In this document: positions 1 through 7,818 of the stretch, one piece after another
How the letters are laid out: each line of letters opens with the position of its first letter
How positions within the stretch are numbered: the stretch's first letter is position 1
Assembly: GCA_039029255.1 (NCBI GenBank)
Contig: JBCCGN010000006.1
Span: 28,320 to 92,319 of the forward strand
Source: Pseudomonadota bacterium
Lineage (GTDB): Bacteria; Pseudomonadota; Alphaproteobacteria; Rhizobiales; Rhizobiaceae
Length of the DNA: 64,000 nt
Direction: 5' to 3'
The notes under the pieces: model-generated
The model's input: the letters and a program-made list of their open reading frames with translations, nothing else
What the model was told of the DNA's origin: nothing
Databases searched by the model: none
Translations under genes and position numbers: made by a program

Positions 1-88
1 AAAATCGAGAGTGTTTCGGTTTGATTTTTTCGTTTAATTCAGGCAGCACGGTTTCTTCACTCCACAGGCTACAGGGGGCTACAAGCTA

Positions 89-427
89 ATGAACTCAAGC
101 GCACAAACCCGACTTGCTACTTACGGAACCCTGGCTCCCGGGCAGATCAATCATCATCAACTCGCTGGTCTCAAAGGTTATTGGAGCAAAGGTTTCGTCA
201 GAGGAACGCTCATTGAAGAAGGGTGGGGCGCTGCGCATGGTTGCCCTGGATTGGTTCTCGATCCGAATGGTCCGGAAGTCGAAGTTTCAATCTTTGAGTC
301 AGTGGACCTCCCGGATCACTGGGAAAGACTGGACGCTTTTGAGGGAGATGGCTATCAGCGTGTGACGGTTAAAGCTGCAGTTGCAGGCGACTCGATTGAG
401 GTCTCGATTTATGAGGTGAAGGTTTAG
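89..427 (+). CDS. gamma-glutamylcyclotransferase family protein (AIG2/GGACT-like)
   Basis: 112-aa ORF with an N-terminal YGTLAPG motif. The small size is typical of the GGACT/AIG2-like fold. Confidence 0.7.
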   Translation: MNSSAQTRLATYGTLAPGQINHHQLAGLKGYWSKGFVRGTLIEEGWGAAHGCPGLVLDPNGPEVEVSIFESVDLPDHWERLDAFEGDGYQRVTVKAAVAGDSIEVSIYEVKV

Positions 428-531
428 CTGCCCGCTGAAACAAGCCTGTTGCGCCCGATCGTGAGATCTTGATTGGTAACAGATTTTGCATCTTCAAAAT
501 TGAAACTCTGCGGGGAAATGAATTATTACAC

Positions 532-561
532 TTGACAAATAAGTGTATATGCACATATATA
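532..561 (+). promoter_or_regulatory. sigma-70-type promoter of the MarR-family gene
   Basis: -35 TTGACA at 532-537 and an AT-rich -10 (ATATAT/TATATA) at 555-561, giving a 17-18 nt spacer. It lies directly upstream of the ATG at 567. Confidence 0.5.
543..554. promoter_or_regulatory. putative MarR operator 1 (GTGTATATGCAC)
   Basis: Near-palindromic 12-mer inside the -35/-10 spacer. It matches the 12-mer at 1019-1030 at 11 of 12 positions. Confidence 0.5.
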
Positions 562-566
562 ACTGC

Positions 567-995
567 ATGTCTGATTTAAAACACATATCTGATGGTTGTA
601 TCATGCAACGGGTTCGCTCAGCGGCCCGCCATGTTACTCAGGTGTACGAAGCAGCGTTAAAGCCGGTTAACCTGACCGCGAGCCAGTTCTCGGCGTTGGT
701 AGCTATTGGTAGACAACAAGGTGTGACCTTGTCCACGCTAGCCAACCGGATCGGGATGGATCGCACGACGATGATCAGGGTCCTTGCACCGCTTGAGCGT
801 CGTTCTTTGGTTCGTCTCGAAGCATCTAAAGACGATGCAAGAGCCAAGGCGGTCTTTCTTGGTAAAGGAGGGCAGGCGATTTTGAATGAGGCGATTCCGC
901 TTTGGAATGAAGCTCAAGATCGGGCCGTCGAAACAATCAACGAAGACAACATGCCGTATTTCAAAACGATCCTTGAAAAATTGCGGGAGATATGA
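567..995 (+). CDS. MarR family transcriptional regulator
   Basis: Winged-helix region LTASQFSALVAIG...LSTLANRIGMDRTTMIRVLAPLERRSLV. The start is ambiguous between 543 (track), ATG 567 and ATG 603. ATG 567 gives the usual ~35 residues before the LTxxQF helix. Confidence 0.85.
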   Translation: MSDLKHISDGCIMQRVRSAARHVTQVYEAALKPVNLTASQFSALVAIGRQQGVTLSTLANRIGMDRTTMIRVLAPLERRSLVRLEASKDDARAKAVFLGKGGQAILNEAIPLWNEAQDRAVETINEDNMPYFKTILEKLREI

Positions 996-1018
996 GCGGG
1001 CTTTTTTTTACTTAAAAC

Positions 1019-1030
1019 GTGTATATACAC
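1019..1030. promoter_or_regulatory. putative MarR operator 2 (GTGTATATACAC, perfect palindrome)
   Basis: Perfect 12-bp palindrome immediately upstream of a TAATAT -10-like hexamer (1031-1036) and ~20 nt upstream of the ATG at 1050. Confidence 0.5.
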
Positions 1031-1049
1031 TAATATGAAAGGATATTTC

Positions 1050-1649
1050 ATGACTCAAGTACACACAATCGACCAAAACAACGTCAGGACAGGCTGGTAT
1101 ACGCTTCTCATTGCTTTTGGAAGCTATGCCGTGATTGCAGTGACGCTCTCGGCAACAGGCGTTTTTTCCGCTATCGACACCAATATTTTTCCGGCGGTCG
1201 TAGCGATAGCGACTATTGGCCTTACGCTGAGTTACTTTTATGTTCCTTCGATCCGTAGCCTTGCAGAAAACCTCGGGCCCTATGGTCTGGCATCTTTTCA
1301 TGTTTGGCGTATCCCGGCTGCGTTGACTTTCCTTTATTATGGCTATCAGGGATGGCTGCCGATGACATTCGTCAACCTTGCCGGCTGGGGTGACATGCTC
1401 GCCGGGGTGTTGGCAGCGACCCTGTTCCTGTTACCGCGTGCAGCTCGAACTGTCGCGGGTTTCCATATTATTGGCTTTACCGACTTTGTTATTGCTGTCG
1501 GCACCGGGATCGTCCTGAATTTCCTGGAGCCATCGTCCATGGCCAATATTCTGCTGCTGCCGGTTGCGATTATTCCCCTGGTTGGCGTTCCGCTTTCGGG
1601 GGCTACACACATTGCCGCCTTGCATCAGCTATGGGTGAAACGGGCATGA
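1050..1649 (+). CDS. polytopic membrane protein of unknown function
   Basis: 199-aa ORF with about 6 hydrophobic segments. An AAAGGA SD lies 7 nt before ATG 1050. I do not recognise the family. Confidence 0.6.
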   Translation: MTQVHTIDQNNVRTGWYTLLIAFGSYAVIAVTLSATGVFSAIDTNIFPAVVAIATIGLTLSYFYVPSIRSLAENLGPYGLASFHVWRIPAALTFLYYGYQGWLPMTFVNLAGWGDMLAGVLAATLFLLPRAARTVAGFHIIGFTDFVIAVGTGIVLNFLEPSSMANILLLPVAIIPLVGVPLSGATHIAALHQLWVKRA

Positions 1650-1724
1650 GTGGAATTTCCACCATACCGGTTTGTTTCTCGAGCTATAGTTGCCGTTTGG
1701 CGATTATGGAGGGATAATCCCATG

Positions 1725-1755
1725 CGCAGACAGGAATTCGCAATTCCTGTCTGCG
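1725..1755 (+). terminator. 14-bp perfect stem-loop, possible terminator or RNA stabiliser
   Basis: CGCAGACAGGAATT-cgc-AATTCCTGTCTGCG, 75 nt after the membrane-protein stop. It is followed only by TGTTG, so the U-tract is weak. Confidence 0.35.
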
Positions 1756-1912
1756 TGTTGCAGGGAACGGATATTACGAGAGCAACTTGTGAAGATTTCA
1801 CCCGATTTTAGCATTGCTGCCAGTTCTCATTGTGTGGTTTTGTGCCAGTACATTTGCTTCAGAACTGGAAAACTCTCCGGATAGTGAGGTAAATTTTGAG
1901 AAGGAAAGGTCC

Positions 1913-2257
1913 GTGCAAATTCAATACCTTGAAATTGTCACTCCCGATGTTGAAGTGGTTTGTATGGCACTGGAAGCACAGCATGGTGTTACCTTCAGCA
2001 AGCCCGAAGCCAATCTTGGCAACGCAAGGGTAGCGGAACTAAAGGGGGGCGGGCGTATTGGTGTACGCGCTCCGCTACGTGTCGATGAAGAACCGGTGGT
2101 TCGACCCTACCTTCGCGTTGATGATATTTCAGTTGCGATCGAGGCTGCTGAATCCGCTTGCGCGGAGTTTGCGATGAAAGCAACAGAAATACCCGGACAT
2201 GGCACTTTTGCTATCTATTTTCTGGGCGGAATTCAGTTCGGTCTTTGGGAGCTCTAG
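1913..2257 (+). CDS. small VOC/glyoxalase-fold family protein
   Basis: GTG start preceded by GGAAAGG. The sequence VQIQYLEIVTPDVE...GHGTFAIYFLGGIQFGLWE resembles single-domain VOC proteins. The track start at TTG 1814 adds a signal-like but uncharged N-terminus. Confidence 0.5.
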   Translation: MQIQYLEIVTPDVEVVCMALEAQHGVTFSKPEANLGNARVAELKGGGRIGVRAPLRVDEEPVVRPYLRVDDISVAIEAAESACAEFAMKATEIPGHGTFAIYFLGGIQFGLWEL

Positions 2258-2338
2258 CCTGCCAAACGGTTTTTGATGTCCGGTTTCATTGTTTGCCGAA
2301 CGGGCAAGGCGGTGAAAAACATTGTATGAAGTTTGCAT

Positions 2339-3508
2339 TCATTCAGTCAAAAAACTCGCGATACGCTCAATAGCCCGATCGATGTTCTCTTCTGAGTTTG
2401 CATAGCTCAGGCGAATATAACCTTCCCCCAATATCCCGAAATCTGGCCCACCGATCGTTGCGACGCCAGTTTCTTCCAGAAGAGCGGAGGCAAGTTCTTT
2501 TGCTTTCCAGCCTGTCTTGGAAATGTTCGGAAAGGCATAAAATGCACCTTTTGGCGTGGCGCAACTGACATCGGGAATTGTGTTCATTTTCTCTACAACA
2601 AGCTTTCGGCGATTATCGAAAGCGACCATCATGCTGTCGACTGCGTCTTGCGGGCCATCGATGGCTGCAATTCCGGCGATTTGACTTGGTGCATTGACAC
2701 AGGACCAGGCATTGACGGCCAGCTTTCTTACTTTGTCGTAAAGCGTGTCCGGCCAGATCGACCATCCCATTCGCCAGCCTGTCATTGCCCAGGTCTTCGA
2801 CCAGCCATTGAGTACAATCAGCCGATCACGAATTTCAGGATAATTCAGCAGCGACTGATGGGTTTCACCATCATACGTCATGACATCGTAAATCTCATCC
2901 GACAGGATCGCGACATCGGGCCAATTCTCCAATCCCGCGACAAGCTTGTCGATTTCCGCTTTTGGCGTGACCCCGCCACACGGATTTGCTGGAGAGTTGA
3001 TTATGATGAGGCGGGTATTCTTATTGATGAGTGCCAATGTTTCATCAGCGCTAAAAGCGAAACCGTTTTCTTCCCGGATCGGCACGGGAACAGGTTTTGC
3101 TCCGGTATACTCGATCATCGAACGATATATCGGAAAGCCGGGATCGGGATACAGGATTTCTGCTCCCGGTTCACCGAACATCAGGATCGCAGCATACATG
3201 GTTACTTTGCCGCCGGGCATGATCATGATGTTTTCCGGCGAAACCTCTTCGCCGGTCATTGTCAAAACGCGCCGGGAAACTGCCTCGCGACAATCTACAG
3301 TGCCGGTTGCAGGCGTGTAGCCGTGATGTCCGTCCTTCAATGCCTTTATGGCGGCTTCCACTATGTGCTGCGGTGTGGCGAAATCCGGTTGACCAATACC
3401 GAGATTGATTATGTCTTTGCCTTCGCCTGCAAGTTGCGTTGCGCGGGCCAGCACGGCAAATGCGTTTTCTTCGCCGATCCGGTCAAACCCGGTCACAGTT
3501 TTCAACAT
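2339..3508 (-). CDS. pyridoxal-phosphate-dependent aminotransferase, class I/II (aspartate aminotransferase-like)
   Basis: IINLGIGQPDF...NSPANPCG...SKTWAMTGWRMGW (PLP lysine motif). ATG 3508 has an AGAGG SD. Confidence 0.9.
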   Translation of the reverse strand: MLKTVTGFDRIGEENAFAVLARATQLAGEGKDIINLGIGQPDFATPQHIVEAAIKALKDGHHGYTPATGTVDCREAVSRRVLTMTGEEVSPENIMIMPGGKVTMYAAILMFGEPGAEILYPDPGFPIYRSMIEYTGAKPVPVPIREENGFAFSADETLALINKNTRLIIINSPANPCGGVTPKAEIDKLVAGLENWPDVAILSDEIYDVMTYDGETHQSLLNYPEIRDRLIVLNGWSKTWAMTGWRMGWSIWPDTLYDKVRKLAVNAWSCVNAPSQIAGIAAIDGPQDAVDSMMVAFDNRRKLVVEKMNTIPDVSCATPKGAFYAFPNISKTGWKAKELASALLEETGVATIGGPDFGILGEGYIRLSYANSEENIDRAIERIASFLTE

Positions 3509-3554
3509 TGTCTTGCCTCTTAAAACCCTTATGTGAGATGCTGCTGTTAAGAGC

Positions 3555-4256
3555 ATGAATTGCGGAGTTTGGAAAGAGATGCGGGACCTCGCCGACTGGA
3601 AGGCACGTGAACATCCACACCGGAAGGTGTTTGAGGGAAGGTTTGTCAGGCTTGAACCACTGGAGGCAGGCCGGCATGGCGATGAATTGTACGAAGCTGC
3701 AACACAGGGAGATGCGGACAGTAGGTTTCGTTGGCTAATGGAAAAAACCCCGGAAAGCCGGGAGGCTTTTCAGCCCTGGCTTGAGCGGGTCGAGAAAAGC
3801 GAAGATCCGATGTATTTCGCTGTTATTGATCTGACAACCGGAAAAGTTGCAGGTCGTCAGACGATGATGCGAATGAATCCGGAACACGGAGTTGCCGAAA
3901 TAGGCCACATTCATTGGGGACCGCTCATTCAAAAAACACCAGCCACTACCGAGGCCTTTTATTTGTTCGCATCCCATATATTTGATGAACTCGGTTATCG
4001 CCGCTTTGAGTGGAAATGCAACAATCGCAATGAACCTTCAAAAGATTCCGCCCTGCGCTATGGCATGACAGCAGAAGGTGTTCATCGACAATCGCTGGTT
4101 ATAAAGGGTGAAAACAGGGATACCGCATGGTTCTCACTGCTTGATTACGAGTGGCCGAAGGCTGGAGCAGCGATGCGGAGTTGGCTTGATCCGTCGAACT
4201 TTGATGCTGAAGGCAAGCAGATTGAACGTCTCGAAGCGATCCGGAGATCGCTTTGA
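3555..4256 (+). CDS. GNAT family N-acetyltransferase (RimJ/RimL-like)
   Basis: FVRLEPL...AEIGHIHWGP...GYRRFEWKCNNRNEPS motif set. An alternative ATG lies at 3579. Confidence 0.85.
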   Translation: MNCGVWKEMRDLADWKAREHPHRKVFEGRFVRLEPLEAGRHGDELYEAATQGDADSRFRWLMEKTPESREAFQPWLERVEKSEDPMYFAVIDLTTGKVAGRQTMMRMNPEHGVAEIGHIHWGPLIQKTPATTEAFYLFASHIFDELGYRRFEWKCNNRNEPSKDSALRYGMTAEGVHRQSLVIKGENRDTAWFSLLDYEWPKAGAAMRSWLDPSNFDAEGKQIERLEAIRRSL

Positions 4257-5047
4257 CTCCGGATCGGGATTTTACCCAGATTTCAGCGGAGGATTTTGCA
4301 AATTCTGATGCCTCCCGCTGGATAACTGTATTGCCGCTGGGCGCCCATGAGCAACACGGACCGCACCTGCCGTTTGAAACGGACACGATTATTGCTTCCG
4401 GCGTCGCCTGCAGGCTGTCAGGCGCTCTCGACATAAATCTGCCGGTTACATTCCTGCCAACGGAAGCTGTCGGATATTCGATCGAACACATGGATTTTGA
4501 AGGCAGCAAGACGCTTGGATTTGACGAAGCCGTAAATAAATGGATCAGCATTGGCATGCAGCTTGCGCAAAAAGGCATTCGCAAGATGTTGCTGCTTAAT
4601 GCGCATGGCGGCAATTCGCCCCTGATGACCATCGTGGCGACCGAATTGCGGGTGCGATGTAACATGTTGTGCGTCGCTACAAGCTGGACACGGTTCATAG
4701 AACTGGGGAACATAATCACGGCTGAGGAAAAGTCTTTTGGTATACACGGTGGTGACCTTGAAACATCGGTCATGCTGGCACTAGCACCGGAAAAGGTGGA
4801 TATGCAAAAAGCGGAAAACTTTGGTTCCTTTCAGCAAAACCTGTCTGGAAACAAGAAGTATTTGCGTGCTTATGGTCCTCATGCTTTCGGCTGGAAAATG
4901 CAGGACTTGAACCCATTGGGTGTCACCGGAGATGCATCAATCGCGACTGCTGAAAAAGGCGAGGCTTACCTAAGTGAAGCGATTACCGGGCTTTCAGAAC
5001 TGATACGAGACATGGATGAATTTGATCTTGCACATTTCGGGGGATGA
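4253..5047 (+). CDS. creatininase family amidohydrolase
   Basis: LPLGAHEQHGPHLPFETDT and LLLNAHGGN, GIHGGDLETS motifs. The TTG start overlaps the GNAT stop by 4 nt. Confidence 0.85.
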   Translation: MTPDRDFTQISAEDFANSDASRWITVLPLGAHEQHGPHLPFETDTIIASGVACRLSGALDINLPVTFLPTEAVGYSIEHMDFEGSKTLGFDEAVNKWISIGMQLAQKGIRKMLLLNAHGGNSPLMTIVATELRVRCNMLCVATSWTRFIELGNIITAEEKSFGIHGGDLETSVMLALAPEKVDMQKAENFGSFQQNLSGNKKYLRAYGPHAFGWKMQDLNPLGVTGDASIATAEKGEAYLSEAITGLSELIRDMDEFDLAHFGG

Positions 5048-5100
5048 AATTGTGCTTGTCATCTTTATATAATCCAGAAATTGATTGAGAGACGCCCCCA

Positions 5101-6009
5101 ATGGACACGCTTACAAGAATGCAGGCATTTGTTGATGTTGTTGAGCAGCAGGGATTTTCCGCTGCTGCGCGGAAAGTCGGACGTTCAAAGGCATTGATGT
5201 CCAAATATGTGCGGGAACTTGAGGATGAACTCGGAATTCTCCTTTTAAACCGGACGACCAGGCAGTTTTCACTTACCGAGGCAGGTGATGTGTTTCACCG
5301 TTCTGCTCTGGAAATACTTCAGAAGGTTGGAGACCTTCAGGACAAGGTTCGCGAGGCAGGTACGGGGCACAAGGGGCGTCTGCGCGTATCAGCGCCACGC
5401 TCGCTCACCGACCTTGAAATCGGATTGCCGATAGTGGAATTTGCAACCGCATATCCAGATATCACACTGGATATTGATCTGGATGATGCCATGGTTGACA
5501 TGGTAGAGGACGGATTTGATGTGGCGATCCGTGTCTCGCGCCTGACCGATTCATCCCTAATCGCGAAGAAACTTGCGGAGTTTCGGCTAATCCTCTGTGC
5601 CGCTCCGGGTTTCATTGAAAAATACGGCGCTCCGACCTCACCGCATGACCTAGGTGATGCTCCGTGCATTGTGGACACAAATATGATGCGGCGCGCGAAT
5701 TGGTGTTTTCTCGACGAGGAAGGCGAAGAATTCAGCGTCCCTGTCCGTGGGGCCATCGAAGTCAACAGTCCGGAAGTAGCCAGGCGCGCTGCGCTCGCCG
5801 GCCTGGGCATGACGATGGCTCCTGAATTTTCTGTGGAGAAGGAACTGAAAAACGGTGAACTGGTGAGCTTGCTTGAAGACCGAATTCCTTCGGGTGGAGG
5901 GATATATGCAGTGTATCCTCATCGCCGTCATGTTCCCGGAAAAGTGCGGGTTTTTGTCGACTTTCTAAGTCACTGGTTCAAGGAAAAGAACCGGTCTGCA
6001 GCAGAATAA
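5101..6009 (+). CDS. LysR family transcriptional regulator
   Basis: N-terminal HTH (FVDVVEQQGFSAAARKVGRSKALMSKYVRELE) plus a LysR substrate-binding domain. Confidence 0.9.
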   Translation: MDTLTRMQAFVDVVEQQGFSAAARKVGRSKALMSKYVRELEDELGILLLNRTTRQFSLTEAGDVFHRSALEILQKVGDLQDKVREAGTGHKGRLRVSAPRSLTDLEIGLPIVEFATAYPDITLDIDLDDAMVDMVEDGFDVAIRVSRLTDSSLIAKKLAEFRLILCAAPGFIEKYGAPTSPHDLGDAPCIVDTNMMRRANWCFLDEEGEEFSVPVRGAIEVNSPEVARRAALAGLGMTMAPEFSVEKELKNGELVSLLEDRIPSGGGIYAVYPHRRHVPGKVRVFVDFLSHWFKEKNRSAAE

Positions 6010-6090
6010 GAATGACTTGCTTGTGCATTGCCGTAAAAACGCCATTCATTTATTGTTTTGCAAAGTGATTTGTTGTTTGGATCAAACAGA

Positions 6091-6750
6091 ATGAAACCAT
6101 CAAAGTCATTTCTTGCCATGAGCCTGGCTGTTGCTGCTTCCGGTTTTTTGTTGCCGGACCGTGCGGTTGCTCATCCGCATGTATTTGTAGAAGCGAATAT
6201 TGAAGTTGTCCGCGATGACGATGGGAACTTTACGGAAGTGCGGCAGGTATGGCGATTTGATGAACTTTTCAGCACGACCGTTACCATTGATTATGACGAG
6301 AATGTTAACGGCAAGCTTGATCAGGATGAAATTGAAAAAGTGGCCGCTGTAGTAAAAGAATCAATTGCGGAATATGATTTCTATACAGCCGTTCGCGCCG
6401 GAAAAGATACTGTTGAGTTTTATGAACCCGAGGAAATTGGCGCCTATTTCGAAGGTGAAAAGTTGATCATGTTCCTGACCGTGGAACTGGTTGAGCCCGT
6501 CAATTCTGAAAATACTCCTCTTAGGATATCAGCCAGCGACACCAGTTATTACGTAGCTTTTGATTTCGATAATGAGAATGTCTCAGTGTCTGCTAATTCG
6601 GCAGGATGCGAAACCTCTGTGGTTCATCCGGATTTCGATTCGCTTTATGCGGACAATTCGCAGTTTCTTACCGAGAGTTTTTTCAGCGATCCGCAGAGTA
6701 CAAGTATTGGAGATGAGTTCTATTCCTGGGCGACGATAACCTGCTCATGA
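6091..6750 (+). CDS. DUF1007 family periplasmic protein (metal-transport accessory)
   Basis: Signal peptide followed by an AHPHVFVEA motif. The stop overlaps the start of the downstream transporter (ATGA). Confidence 0.75.
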   Translation: MKPSKSFLAMSLAVAASGFLLPDRAVAHPHVFVEANIEVVRDDDGNFTEVRQVWRFDELFSTTVTIDYDENVNGKLDQDEIEKVAAVVKESIAEYDFYTAVRAGKDTVEFYEPEEIGAYFEGEKLIMFLTVELVEPVNSENTPLRISASDTSYYVAFDFDNENVSVSANSAGCETSVVHPDFDSLYADNSQFLTESFFSDPQSTSIGDEFYSWATITCS

Positions 6751-7757
6751 AGAACATTGTCCTGTTTCTAACCGCTGTTGCGTTTACCGAAATGGTACTT
6801 GGTATCAATGATGCCTTGGCACAGAGTTCGCTGGGCATCGGGCGCGGTGAACAGCCGATTCCGACTGGTGGGTTTTTCGAAGGTTTCTTCAACTGGGTTC
6901 GTTCGCAGCAGGCCGAATTTCACAAGAGCATCAGAACCATCCTTATTACCATGCGCAAGGATGGAACGCATTTCTGGGCCTTGATAACGATCTGTTTCCT
7001 TTATGGTGTTTTTCACGCAGTTGGCCCGGGACATGGCAAGGTTGTAATCTCTTCCTACATGCTTGCGAACGAAGTTGCAGCAAGACGGGGCGTATTTGTG
7101 TCAATGGCGGCTTCCATTGCCCAGGGCCTTACAGCAATTTTTGCGATCGGACTTTTCATGATTGCCCTTCGAGGCACCGGTATAAAGACCGGAGAATTGA
7201 CTTTCGGGCTTGAAGCGGCGAGCTACCTTGGCGTGATGGCAGTTGGTGCCTGGCTTTTGTGGCGAAAGGCATTCCGGAAACGATCGGCTTCCAATCACAA
7301 TCACAATCACAATCACGATCACAGTCATGGCCATGACTACGATCATCAGCATCACGATCATGAACATCATGGCCACGGAGACACATGTGATCATTGTGGC
7401 CATGCTCACGCTCCTGATCCCGGAACCTTGACTGGAACGTTCAGTTTGAAAGATGCTTGGTCATCGATACTGGCGGTCGGCTTGCGACCCTGTACCGGGG
7501 CTCTGATCGTGCTGGTGTTCTGCTTTGCCAACGGACTTTATCTAGCGGGTGTTTTGTCTACTCTTGCCATGTCAATCGGAACCGGTCTGGCGGTTTCCGG
7601 ATTGGCGATACTTGCGGTTGTTGCCAAGAACGCCGCGCTTCGCGTGGCCGATTTCCAGGATAGCGCCGGCATCGTACATCGGGTGATTGAGATTGTCGGT
7701 GCCTCATTCATTTTTCTGATTGGGCTGGTTTTGTTTACGGCCCTTGTATCCGGCTGA
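6747..7757 (+). CDS. nickel/cobalt transporter family membrane protein (NicO/RcnA-like) with a His-rich loop
   Basis: GVFHAVGPGHGK motif, a repeated half-domain (LRPCTGALIV), and a central loop NHNHNHNHDHSHGHDYDHQHHDHEHHGHGDTCDHCGHAH. Confidence 0.8.
   Translation: MKNIVLFLTAVAFTEMVLGINDALAQSSLGIGRGEQPIPTGGFFEGFFNWVRSQQAEFHKSIRTILITMRKDGTHFWALITICFLYGVFHAVGPGHGKVVISSYMLANEVAARRGVFVSMAASIAQGLTAIFAIGLFMIALRGTGIKTGELTFGLEAASYLGVMAVGAWLLWRKAFRKRSASNHNHNHNHDHSHGHDYDHQHHDHEHHGHGDTCDHCGHAHAPDPGTLTGTFSLKDAWSSILAVGLRPCTGALIVLVFCFANGLYLAGVLSTLAMSIGTGLAVSGLAILAVVAKNAALRVADFQDSAGIVHRVIEIVGASFIFLIGLVLFTALVSG
7293..7316 (+). repeat. (AATCAC)x4 hexanucleotide microsatellite inside the His-rich loop coding region
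   Basis: Four perfect tandem AATCAC units encoding NHNHNHNH, followed by the degenerate units GATCAC and AGTCAT. Confidence 0.9.
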
Positions 7758-7818
7758 TACCCACAAATTTCAGGCATGCATTTTTGACGCGTTGTCCTGC
7801 ATGTGAATTGCTCTAAAT

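Noticed and set aside
1814-1912. Signal-peptide-like N-terminus (MLPVLIVWFCASTFASE) if the VOC-fold gene starts at TTG 1814.
   Set aside because: There is no positively charged n-region and no SD. GTG 1913 has a GGAAAGG SD and gives the typical ~115-aa single-domain size. The longer form cannot be excluded.
2648-3523. Long ORFs antisense to confidently assigned genes. These are 2648-3523 (291 aa), 4099-4773, 10326-11000, 11138-11797, 40399-41160 (253 aa), 44575-45207, 45254-45889, 60391-61182 (263 aa) and 62148-62756.
   Set aside because: Each lies fully opposite a conserved gene (aminotransferase, creatininase, SPFH, NfeD/kdsD, hydrolase, gapR region, DUF882, thiE-like/Sel1, efp). Each has a Cys/Arg/Ser/His-rich, low-complexity composition with no recognisable motifs. 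This is typical of stop-codon-poor antisense frames.
7101-7431. His/Ile/Val/Met-rich short ORFs on both strands within the transporter gene.
   Set aside because: These are artefacts of the CAC/CAT/GAT-rich microsatellite-like region that encodes the His loop.
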